Assembly: GCA_964016885.1 (NCBI GenBank)
Contig: CAXHJY010001426.1
Location: forward strand, 62,001-126,000
DNA: 64,000 nucleotides
Reading direction: 5' to 3'
Source: Eledone cirrhosa
Taxonomy: Eukaryota
In this document: positions 51,701 to 63,500 of the stretch, in pieces
How the letters are laid out: the number at the start of each line of letters is the position of its first letter
How positions within the stretch are numbered: the stretch's first letter is position 1
Program-made: the position numbers and the translations under genes
The notes under the pieces: model-generated
Databases searched by the model: none
What the model saw: the letters and a program-made list of their open reading frames with translations, nothing else
Told to the model about the DNA's origin: nothing

Positions 51701-54700
51701 GGTAGATAATTTGTAAAAAAAAATCAGGGGGTGATAATTTGTAAAAAAAAATCAGGGGGAGATAATTTGTAAAAAAAATCAAGGGGAGATAATTTCCAGC
51801 CGTCCTAGGGGAGCTAATATCTAGCCGTCCAAGGGGAGATAATTTCCAGCCGTCCAAGTGGAGATAATTTCCAGCCGTCCAAGGGTAGATAATATCCAGC
51901 CGTCCAAGGACATATTTTCCAGCCGTCCAAGGAGAGGTAATTTCTAGCCGTCCAAGGGGAGATAAATTCCAGCCTCCAAGGGGAGATAATTTCCAGCCAG
52001 CTAAGGGGAGATAATTTGTAAAAAAATCAGGGGGAGATAATTTGTAAAAAAATCAGGGGGAGATAATTTGTAAAAAAAAATCAGGGGGAGATAATTTGTA
52101 AAAAAAAATCAGGGGGAGATAATTTGTAAAAAAAAATCAGGGGGAGATAATTTGTAAAAAAAATCAAGGGGAGATAATTTCCAGCCGTCCAAGGGGAGAT
52201 AATTTTCAGCCGTCCAAGGGGAGATAATTTCCCGCCAGCCAAGAGAAGATAATATTTAAAAAAATCAGGCGGAGATAATTTGTAAAAAAAATCAGGGGGA
52301 GATAATTTGTAAAAAAATCAGGGGGAGATAATTTGTAAAAAAAATCAGGGGGAGATAATTTGTAAAAAAATCAAGGGGAGATAATTTCCAGCCGTCCAAA
52401 GGGAGATAATTTTTTAAAAAATCAGGTGGAGATAATTTGTAAAAAAAATCAGGGGGAGATAATTTGTAAAAACAAAATCAAGGGCAGATAATTTCCAGCT
52501 GTCCAAGGGGAGGTAATTTCCAGCCGTCCAAGGGGATATAATTTCCAGCCGTCCAAGGGGAGATAATTTCCCGCCAGCCAAGGGAAGATAATTTTTTAAA
52601 AAATCAGGCGGAGATTGTAAAAAAAATCAGAGGGGAGATAATTTGTAAAAAAATCAGGGGGATAATTTGTAAAAAAAAATCAGGGGGAGATAATTTGTAA
52701 AAAAAATCAGGGGGAGATAATTTGTAAAAAAAAATCAGGGGGAGATAATTTGTAAAAAAAATTAGGCGTAGATAATTTGTAAAAAAAAATCAGGGGGAGA
52801 TAATTTGTAAAAAAAAATCAGGGGGAGATAATTTGTTAAAAAATCAAGGGGAGATAATTTGCAGCCGTCCAAGGGGAGATAATTTTCAGCCGTCCAAGGA
52901 GAGGTAATTTCTAGCCGTCCAAGGGGAGATAATTTTTAAAAAAAAATCAGGCGGAGATAATTTCTAAAAAAAAATCAGGGGGAGATGATTCGTAAAAAAA
53001 AATCAGGGGGAGATAATTTGTAAAAAAAAATCAGGGGGAGATAATTTGTAAAAAAAATCAAGGGGAGATAATTTCCAGCCGTCCAAGGGGAGGTAATATC
53101 TAGCCGTCCAAGGGGAGATAATTTCCAGCCGTCCAAGGGGAGATAATTTCCAGCCGTCCAAGGGGAGATAATTTCCAGCCGTCCAAGGGGATATAATTTA
53201 CAGCCGTCCAAGGGTAGATAATATCCAGCCGTCCAAGGAGACATATTTTCCAGCCGTCCAAGGAGAGGTAATTTCTAGCCGTCCAAGGGGAGATAAATTC
53301 CAGCCTCCAAGGGGAGATAATTTCCAGCCAGCCAAGGGGAGATAATTTGTAAAAAAATCAGGGGGAGATAATTTGTAAAAAAAATCAGGGTGAGATAATT
53401 TGTAAAAAAAAATCAGGGGGAGATAATTTGTAAAAAAAAATCAGGGGGAGATAATTTGTAAAAAAAAATCAGGGGGAGATAATTTGTAAAAAAACCAAGG
53501 GGAGATAATTTCCAGCCGTCCAAGGGGAGGTAATATCTAGCCGTCCAAGGGGAGATAATTTCCAGCCGTCCAAGGGGAGATAATTTCCAGCCGTCCAAGG
53601 GGAGATAATTTCCAGCCGTCCAAGGAGACATATTTTCCAGCCGTCCAAGGCGAGGTAATTTCTAGCCGTCCAAGGGGAGATAAATTCCAGCCTCCAAGGG
53701 GAGATAATTTCCAGCCAGCCAAGGGGAGATAATTTGTAAAAAAATCAGGGGGAGATAATTTGTAAAAAATATCAGGGGGAGATAATTTGTAAAAAAAATC
53801 AGGGGGAGATAATTTGTAAAATAAAATCAGGGGGAGATAATTTGTAAAAAAAAATCAGGGGGAGATAATTTGTAAAAAAAATCAAGGGGAGATAATTTCC
53901 AGCCGTCCAAGGGGAGATAATTTTCAGCTGTCCAAGGAGAGGTAATTTCTAGTCGTCCGAGGAGAGATAATTTCCAGCCGTCCAAGGGGAGATAATTTCC
54001 AGCCGTCCCAGGGGAGATAATTTCCAGCCGTCCAAGGAGACATATTTTCCAGCAGTCCAAGGAGAGGTAATTTCTAACCGTCCAAGGGGAGATAAATTCC
54101 AGCCTCCAAGGGGAGATAATTTCCAGCCAGCCATGGGGAGATAATTTGTAAAAAAAATCAGAGGGAGATAATTTGTAAAAAAAAATCAGGGGGAGATAAT
54201 TTGTAAAAAATAATCAGGGGGAGATAATTTGTAAAAAAAAATCAGGGGGAGATAATTTGTAAAAAAAAATCAGGGGGAGATAATTTGTAAAAAAAATCAA
54301 GGGGAGATAATTTCCAGCCGTCCAAGGGGAGATAATTTTCAGCCGTCCAAGGGGAGATAATTTCCCGCCAGCCAAGGGAAGATAATATTTAAAAAAATTA
54401 GGCGGAGATAATTTGTAAAAAAAATCGGGGGGAGATAATTTGTAAAAAAATCAGGGGGAGATAATTTGTAAAAAAAATCAGGGGGAGATAATTTGTAAAA
54501 AAAATCAGGGGGAGATAATTTGTAAAAAAAAATCAGGGGTAGATAATTTGTAAAAAAAAATCAGGGGGAGATAATTTGTAAAAAAAAATCAGGGAGAGAT
54601 AATTTGTAAAAAAAATCAGGGGGAGATAATTTGTAAAAAAAAATCAGGGGTAGATAATTTCCAGCCGTCCAAGGGGAGCTAATATCTAGCCGTCCAAGGG

Positions 54701-57700
54701 GAGATAATTTCCAGCCGTCCAAGGGGAGATAATTTCCAGCCGTCCAAGGGTAGATAATATCCAGCCGTCCAAGGACATATTTTCCAGCCGTCCAAGGAGA
54801 GGTAATTTCTAGCCGTCCAAGGGGAGATAAATTCCAGCCTCCAAGGGGAGATAATTTCCAGCCAGCTAAGGGGAGATAATTTGTAAAAAAATCAGGGGGA
54901 GATAATTTGTAAAAAAAATCAGGGGGAGATAATTTGTAAAAAAAAATCAGGGGGAGATAATTTGTAAAAAAAAATCAGGGGGAGATAATTTGTAAAAAAA
55001 AATCAGGGGGAGATAATTTGTAAAAAAAATCAAGGGGAGATAATTTCCAGCCGTCCAAGGGGAGATAATTTTCAGCCGTCCAAGGGGAGATAATTTCCCG
55101 CCAGCCAAGAGAAGATAATATTTAAAAAAATCAGGTGGAGATAATTTGTAAAAAAAATCAGGGGGAGATAATTTGTAAAAAAATCAGGGGGAGATAATTT
55201 GTAAAAAAAAATCAGGGGGAGATAATTTGTAAAAAAAATCAAGGGGAGATAATTTCCAGCCGTCCAAGGGGAGGTAATATCTAGCCGTCCAAGGGGAGAT
55301 AATTTCCAGCCGTCCAAGGGGAGATAATTTCCACCCGTCCAAGGGTAGATAATATCCAGCCGTCCAAGGAGAAATATTTTCCAGCCGTCCAAGGAGAGGT
55401 AATTTCTAGCCGTCCAAAGGGAGATAAATTCCAGCCTCCAAGGGGAGATAATTTCCAGCCAGCCAAGGGGAGATAATTTGTAAAAAAATCAGGGGGAGAT
55501 AATTTGTTAAAAAAATCAGGGGCAGATAATTTGTAAAAAAAAATCAGGTGGAGATAATTTGTAAAAAAAAATCAGGGGGAGATAATTTGTAAAAAAAATC
55601 AGGGGGAGATAATTTGTAAAAAAAATCAAGGGGAGATAATTTCCAGCCGTCCAAGGGGAGATAATTTTCAGCTGTCCAAGGAGAGGTAATTTCTAGTCGT
55701 CCGAGGAGAGATAATTTCCAGCCGTCCAAGGGGAGATAATTTCCAGCCGTCCAAGGGGAGATAATTTCCAGCCGTCCAAGGAGACATATTTTCCAGCAGT
55801 CCAAGGAGAGGTAATTTCTAACCGTCCAAGGGGAGATAAATTCCAGCCTCCAAGGGGAGATAATTTCCAGCCAGCCAAGGGGAGATAATTTGTAAAAAAA
55901 ATCAGAGGGGGATAATTTGTAAAAAAAAATCAGGGGGAGATAATTTGTAAAAAATAATCAGGGGGAGATAATTTGTAAAAAAATCAAGGGGAGATAATTT
56001 CCAGCCGTCCAAGGGGAGGTAATATCTAGCCGTCCAAGGGGAGATAATTTCCAGCCGTCCAAGGGGAGATAATTTCCAGCCGTCCAAGGGTAGATAATAT
56101 CCAGCCGTCCAAGGAGACATATTTTCCAGCCGTCCAAGGAGAGGTAATTTCTAGCCGTCCAAGGGGAGATAAATTCCAGCCTCCAAGGGGAGATAATTTC
56201 CAGCTAGCCAAGGGGAGATAATTTGTAAAAAAATCAGGGGGAGATAATTTGTAAAAAAAATCAGGGTGAGATAATTTGTAAAAAAAAATCAGGGGGAGAT
56301 AATTTGTAAAAAAAAATCAGGGGGAGATAATTTGTAAAAAAAAATCAGGGGGAGATAATTTGTAAAAAAAATCAAGGGGTGATAATTTCCAGCCGTCCAA
56401 GGGGAGATAATTTTCAGCCGTCCAAGGGGAGATAATTTCCCGCCAGCCAAGGGAAGATAATATTTAAAAAAATCAGGCGGAGATAATTTGTAAAAAAAAT
56501 CAGGGGGAGATAATTTGTAAAAAAATCAGGGGGAGATAATTTGTAAAAAAAATCAGGGGGAGATAATTTGTAAAAAAAATCAGGGGGAGATAATTTGTAA
56601 AAAAATCAAGGGGAGATAATTTCCAGCCGTCCAAGGGGAGATAATTTTTTTAAAAATCAGGTGGAGATAATTTGTAAAAAAAATCAGGGGGAGATAATTT
56701 GTAAAAACAAAATCAAGGGCAGATAATTTCCAGCTGTCCAAGGGGAGATAATTTCCAGCCGTCCAAGGGGAGATAATTTCCAGCCGTCCAAGGGGAGATA
56801 ATTTCCATCCTTCCAAGGGGATATAATTTCCAGCCGTCCAAGGGGAGATAATTTCCCGCCAGCCAAGGGAAGATAATTTTTAAAAAAATCAGGCGGAGAT
56901 TGTAAAAAAAATCAGGGGGGAGATAATTTGTAAAAAAATCAGGGGGAAATAATTTGTAAAAAAAAATCAGGTGGAGATAATTTGTAAAAAAAATCAGGGG
57001 GAGATAATTTGTAAAAAAAAATCAGGGGGAGATAATTTGTAAAAAAAATTAGGCGTAGATAATTTGTAAAAAAAAATCAGGGGGAGATAATTTGTAAAAA
57101 AAAATCAGGGGGAGATAATTTGTTAAAAAATCAAGGGGAGATAATTTGCAGCCGTCCAAGGGGAGATAATTTTCAGCCGTCCAAGGAGAGGTAATTTCTA
57201 GCCGTCCAAGGGGAGATAATTTCCAGCCGTCCAAGGGGAGATAATTTCCAGCCGTTCAAGGGAGATAATTTTTAAAAAAAAATCAGGCGGAGATAATTTG
57301 TAAAAAAAAATCAGGGGGAGATAATTCGTAAAAAAAATCAGGGGGAGATAATTTGTAAAAAAAAATCAGGGGGAGATAAATTGTAAAAAAAATCAAGGGG
57401 AGATAATTTCCAGCCGTCCAAGGGGAGGTAATATCTAGCCGTCCAAGGGGAGATAATTTCCAGCCGTCCAAGGGGAGGTAATTTCTAGCCGTCCAAGGGG
57501 AGATAAATTCCAGCCTCCAAGGGGAGATCATTTCCAGCCAGCCAAGGGGAGATAATTTGTAAAAAAATCAGGGGGAGATAATTTGTAAAAAATATCAGGG
57601 GGAGATAATTTGTAAAAAATATCAGGGGGAGATAATTTGTAAAAAAAAATCAGGGGGAGATAATTTGTAAAAAAAATCAGGGGGAGATAATTTGTAAAAA

Positions 57701-60531
57701 AAATCAAGGGGAGATAATTTCCAGCCGTCCAAGGGGAGATAATTTTCAGCTGTCCAAGGAGAGGTAATTTCTAGTCGTCCGAGGAGAGATAATTTCCAGC
57801 CGTCCAAGGGGAGATAATTTCCAGCCGTCCAAGGGGAGATAATTTCCAGCCGTCCAAGGAGACATATTTTCCAGCAGTCCAAGGAGAGGTAATTTCTAAC
57901 CGTCCAAGGGGAGATAAATTCCAGCCTCCAAGGGGAGATAATTTCCAGCCAGCCAAGGGGAGATAATTTGTAAAAAAAATCAGAGGGAGATAATTTGTAA
58001 AAAAAAATCAGGGGGAGATAATTTGTAAAAAATAATCAGGGGGAGATAATTTGTAAAAAAATCAAGGGGAGATAATTTCCAGCCGTCCAAGGGGAGATAA
58101 TTTTCAGCCGTCCAAGGGGAGATAATTTCCCGCCAGCCAAGGGAAGATAATATTTAAAAAAATTAGGCGGATATAATTTGTAAAAAAAATCGGGGGGAGA
58201 TAATTTGTAAAAAAATCAGGGGGAGATAATTTGTAAAAAAAATCAGGGGGAGATAATTTGTAAAAAAAAATCAGGCGGAGATAATTTGTAAAAAAAATCA
58301 AGGGGAGATAATTTCCAGCCGTCCAAGGGGAGGTAATATCTAGCCGTCCAAGGGGAGATAATTTCCAGCCGTCCAAGGGGAGATAATTTCCAGCCGTCCA
58401 AGGAGACATATTTTCCAGCCGTCCAAGGCGAGGTAATTTCTAGCCGTCCAAGGGGAGATAAATTCCAGCCTCCAAGGGGAGATAATTTCCAGCCAGCCAA
58501 GGGGAGATAATTTGTAAAAAAATCAGGGGGAGATAATTTGTAAAAAATATCAGGGGCAGATAATTTGTAAAAAAAATCAGGGGGAGATAATTTGTAAAAT
58601 AAAATCAGGGGGAGATAATTTGTAAAAAAAAATCAGAGGGAGATAATTTGTAAAAAAAATCAAGGGGAGATAATTTCCAGCCGTCCAAGGGGAGATAATT
58701 TTCAGCTGTCCAAGGAGAGGTAATTTCTAGTCGTCCGAGGAGAGATAATTTCCAGCCGTCCAAGGGGAGATAATTTCCAGCCGTCGCAGGGGAGATAATT
58801 TCCAGCCGTCCAAGGAGACATATTTTCCAGCAGTCCAAGGAGAGGTAATTTCTAACCGTCCAAGGGGAGATAAATTCCAGCCTCCAAGGGGAGATAATTT
58901 CCAGCCAGCCAAGGGGAGATAATTTGTAAAAAAATCAGGGGGAGATAATTTGTAAAAAAAAATCAGGGGGAGATAATTTGTAAAAAATAATCAGGGGGAG
59001 ATAATTTGTAAAAAAATCAAGGGGAGATAATTTCCAGCCGTCCAAGGGGAGATAATTTTCAGCCGTCCAAGGGGAGATAATTTCCCGCCAGCCAAGGGAA
59101 GATAATATTTAAAAAAATTAGGCGGAGATAATTTGTAAAAAAAATCGGGGGGAGATAATTTGTAAAAAAATCAGGGGGAGATAATTTGTAAAAAAAATCA
59201 GGGGGAAATAATTTGTAAAAAAAATCAGGGGGAGATAATTTGTAAAAAAAAATCAGGGGTAGATAATTTGTAAAAAAAAATCAGGGGGAGATAATTTGTA
59301 AAAAAAAATCAGGGAGAGATAATTTGTAAAAAAAATCAGGGGGAGATAATTTGTAAAAAAAAAATCAGGGGTAGATAATTTGTAAAAAAAAATCAGGGGG
59401 AGATAATTTGTAAAAAAAAATCAGGGGGAGATAATTTGTAAAAAAAATCAAGGGGAGATAATTTCCAGCCGTCCAAGGGGAGGTAATATCTAGCCGTCCA
59501 AGGGGAGATAATTTCCAGCCGTCCAAGGGGAGATAATTTCCAGCCGTCCAAGGGTAGATAATATCCAGCCGTCCAAGGACATATTTTCCAGCCGTCCAAG
59601 GAGAGGTAATTTCTAGCCGTCCAAGGGGAGATAAATTCCAGCCTCCAAGGGGAGATAATTTCCAGCCAGCTAAGGGGAGATAATTTGTAAAAAAATCAAG
59701 GGGAGATAATTTGTAAAAAAAAATCAGGGGGAGATAATTTGTAAAAAAAAATCAGGGGGAGATAATTTGTAAAAAAAAATCAGGGGGAGATAATTTGTAA
59801 AAAAAAATCAGGGGGAGATAATTTGTAAAAAAAATCAAGGGGAGATAATTTCCAGCCGTCCAAGGGGAGATAATTTTCAGCCGTCCAAGGGGAGATAATT
59901 TCCCGCCAGCCAAGAGAAGATAATATTTAAAAAAATCAGGCGGAGATAATTTGTAAAAAAAATCAGGGGGAGATAATTTGTAAAAAAATCAGGGGGAGAT
60001 AATTTGTAAAAAAAAAATCAGGGGGAGATAATTTGTAAAAAAAATCAAGGGGAGATAATTTCCAGCCGTCCAAGGGGAGGTAATATCTAGCCGTCCAAGG
60101 GGAGATAATTTCCAGCCGTCCAAGGGGAGATAATTTCCACCCGTCCAAGGGTAGATAATATCCAGCCGTCCAAGGAGAAATATTTTCCAGCCGTCCAAGG
60201 CGAGGTAATTTCTAGCCCTCCAAGGGGAGATAAATTCCAGCCTCCAAGGGGAGATAATTTCCAGCCAGCCAAGGGGAGATAATTTGTAAAAAAATCAGGG
60301 GGAGATAATTTGTAAAAAAAATCAGGGGCAGATAATTTGTAAAAAAAAATCAGGGGGAGATAATTCGTAAAAAAAATCAGGGGGAGATAATTTGTAAAAA
60401 AAATCAGGGGGAGATAATTTGTAAAAAAATCAAGGGGAGATAATTTCCAGCCGTCCAAGGGGAGATAATTTTCAGCCGTCCAAGGGGAGATAATTTCCCG
60501 CCAGCCAAGGGAAGATAATATTTAAAAAAAT
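36940..60531 (+). repeat. Near-perfect 11,750-bp tandem duplication (about 36.94-48.7 kb and 48.7-60.5 kb)
   Basis: Every ORF pair from 37705/49455 to 48337/60087 is offset by exactly 11,750. Private variants are shared: CCGAAGAGA (about 38334/50084), ATATAATTTACAG (41441/53191) and CAGAGGGGGATAA (about 44153/55903). Confidence 0.95.
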
Positions 60532-63500
60532 CAGGCGGAGATAATTTATAAAAAAAATCAGGGGGAGATAATTTGTAAAAAAATCAGGGGGAGATAATTT
60601 GTAAAAAAAAAATCAGGGGGAGATAATTTGTAAAAAAAATCAGGGGGAGATAATTTGTAAAAAAATCAAGGGGAGATAATTTCCAGCCGTCCAAGGGGAG
60701 ATAATTTTTTAAAAAATCAGGTGGAGATAATTTGTAAAAAAAATCAGGGGGAGATAATTTGTAAAAACAAAATCAAGGGCAGATAATTTCCAGCTGTCCA
60801 AGGGGAGGTAATTTCCAGCCGTCCAAGGGGATATAATTTCCAGCCGTCCAAGGGGAGATAATTTCCCGCCAGCCAAGGGAAGATAATTTTTAAAAAAATC
60901 AGGCGGAGATTGTAAAAAAAATCAGGGGGGAGATAATTTATAAAAAAATCAGGGGGAAATAATTTGTAAAAAAAAATCAGGGGGAGATAATTTGTAAAAA
61001 AAATCAGGGGGAGATAATTTGTAAAAAAAAATCAGGGGGAGATAATTTGTAAAAAAAATTAGGCGTAGATAATTTGTAAAAAAAATCAGGGGGAGATAAT
61101 TTGTAAAAAAAAATCAGGGGGAGATAATTTGTTAAAAAATCAAGGGGAGATAATTTGCAGCCGTCCAAGGGGAGATAATTTTCAGCCGTCCAAGGAGAGG
61201 TAATTTCTAGCCGTCCAAGGGGAGATAATTTCCAGCCGTCCAAGGGGAGATAATTTCCAGCCGTTCAAGGGGAGATAATTTTTAAAAAAAAATCAGGCGG
61301 AGATAATTTATAAAAAAAAATCAGGGGGAGATAATTCGTAAAAAAAAATCAGGGGGAGATAATTTGTAAAAAAAATCAGGGGGAGATAATTTGTAAAAAA
61401 ATCAAGGGGAGATAATTTCCAGCCGTCCAAGGGGAGATAATTTTTTAAAAAATCAGGTGGAGATAATTTGTAAAAAAAATCAGGGGGAGATAATTTGTAA
61501 AAAAAAATCAGGGGGAGATAATTTGTAAAAAAAAATCAAGGGGAGATAATTTCCAGCCGTCCAAGGGGAGATAATTTTCAGACGTCCAAGGGGAGATAAT
61601 TTCCCGCCAGCCAAGGGAAGATAATATTTAAAAAAATTAGGCGGAGATAATTTGTAAAAAAAATCAGGGGGAGATAATTTGTAAAAAAATCAGGGGGAGA
61701 TAATTTCCAGCCGTCCAAGGGGAGGTAATATCTAGCCGTCCAAGGGGAGATAATTTCCAGCCGTCCAAGGGGAGATAATTTCCAGCCGTCCAAGGGTAGA
61801 TAATATCCAGCCGTCCAAGGAGACATATTTTCCAGCCTTCCAAGGAGAGGTAATTTCTAGCCGTCCAAGGGGAGATAAATTCCAGCCTCCAAGGGGAGAT
61901 AATTTCCAGCCAGCCAAGGGGAGATAATTTGTAAAAAAATCAGGGGGAGATAATTTGTAAAAAAAATCAGGGTGAGATAATTTGTAAAAAAAAATCAGGG
62001 GGAGATAATTTGTAAAAAAAAATCAGGGGGAGATAATTTGTAAAAAAAAATCAGGGGGAGATAATTTGTAAAAAAAATCAAGGGGAGATAATTTCCAGCC
62101 GTCCAAGGGGAGATAATTTTCAGCCGTCCAAGGGGAGATAATTTCCAGCCGTCCAAGGGAAGATAATTTTTTTAAAAATCAGGTGGAGATAATTTGTAAA
62201 AAAAATCAGGGTTAGATAATTTGTAAAAACAAAATCAAGGGCAGATAATTTCCAGCTGTCCAAGGGGAGATAATTTCCAGCCGTCCAAGGGGAGATGATT
62301 TCCAGCCGTCCAAGGGGAGATAATTTCCATCCTTCCAAGGGGATATAATTTCCAGCCGTCCAAGGGGAGATAATTTCCCGCCAGCCAAGGGAAGATAATT
62401 TTTTAAAAAATCAGGCGGAGATTGTAAAAAAAATCAGGGTGGAGATAATTTGTAAAAAAATCAGGGGGAAATAATTTGTAAAAAAAAATCAGGGGGAGAT
62501 AATTTGTAAAAAAAATCAGGGGGAGATAATTTGTAAAAAAAAATCAGGGGGAGATAATTAGTAAAAAAAATTAGGCGTAGATAATTTGTAAAAAAAAATC
62601 AGGGGGAGATAATTTGTAAAAAAAAATCAGGGGGAGATAATTTGTTAAAAAATCAAGGGGAGATAATTTGCAGCCGTCCAAGGGGAGATAATTTTCAGCC
62701 GTCCAAGGAGAGGTAATTTCTAGCCGTCCAAGGGGAGATAATTTCCAGCCGTCCAAGGGGAGATAATTTCCAGCCGTTCAAGGGGAGATAATTTTTAAAA
62801 AAAAATCAGGCGGAGATAATTTGTAAAAAAAAATCAGGGTGAGATAATTCGTAAAAAAAAATCAGGGGGAGATAATTTGTAAAAAAAAATTAGGGGGAGA
62901 TAAATTGTAAAAAAAATCAAGGGGAGATAATTTCCAGCCGTCCAAGGGGAGGTAATATCTAGCCGTCCAAGGGGAGATAATTTCCAGCCGTCCAAGGGGA
63001 GATAATTTCCAGCCGTCCAAGGGGAGATAATTTCCAGCCGTCCAAGGAGACATATTTTCCAGCCGTCCAAGGCGAGGTAATTTCTAGCCGTCCAAGGGGA
63101 GATAAATTCCAGCCTCCAAGGGGAGATAATTTCCAGCCAGCCAAGGGGAGATAATTTGTAAAAAAATCAGGGGGAGATAATTTGTAAAAAATATCAGGGG
63201 GAGATAATTTGTAAAAAAAATCAGGGGGAGATAATTTGTAAAAAAAAATTAGGGGGAGATAATTTGTAAAAAAAATCAGGGGGAGATAATTTGTAAAAAA
63301 AATCAAGGGGAGATAATTTCCAGCCGTCCAAGGGGAGATAATTTTCAGCTGTCCAAGGAGAGGTAATTTCTAGTCGTCCGAGGAGAGATAATTTCCAGCT
63401 GTCCAAGGGGAGATAATTTCCAGCCGTCCAAGGGGAGATAATTTCCAGCCGTCCAAGGAGAGGTAATTTCTAACCGTCCAAGGGGAGATAAATTCCAGCC

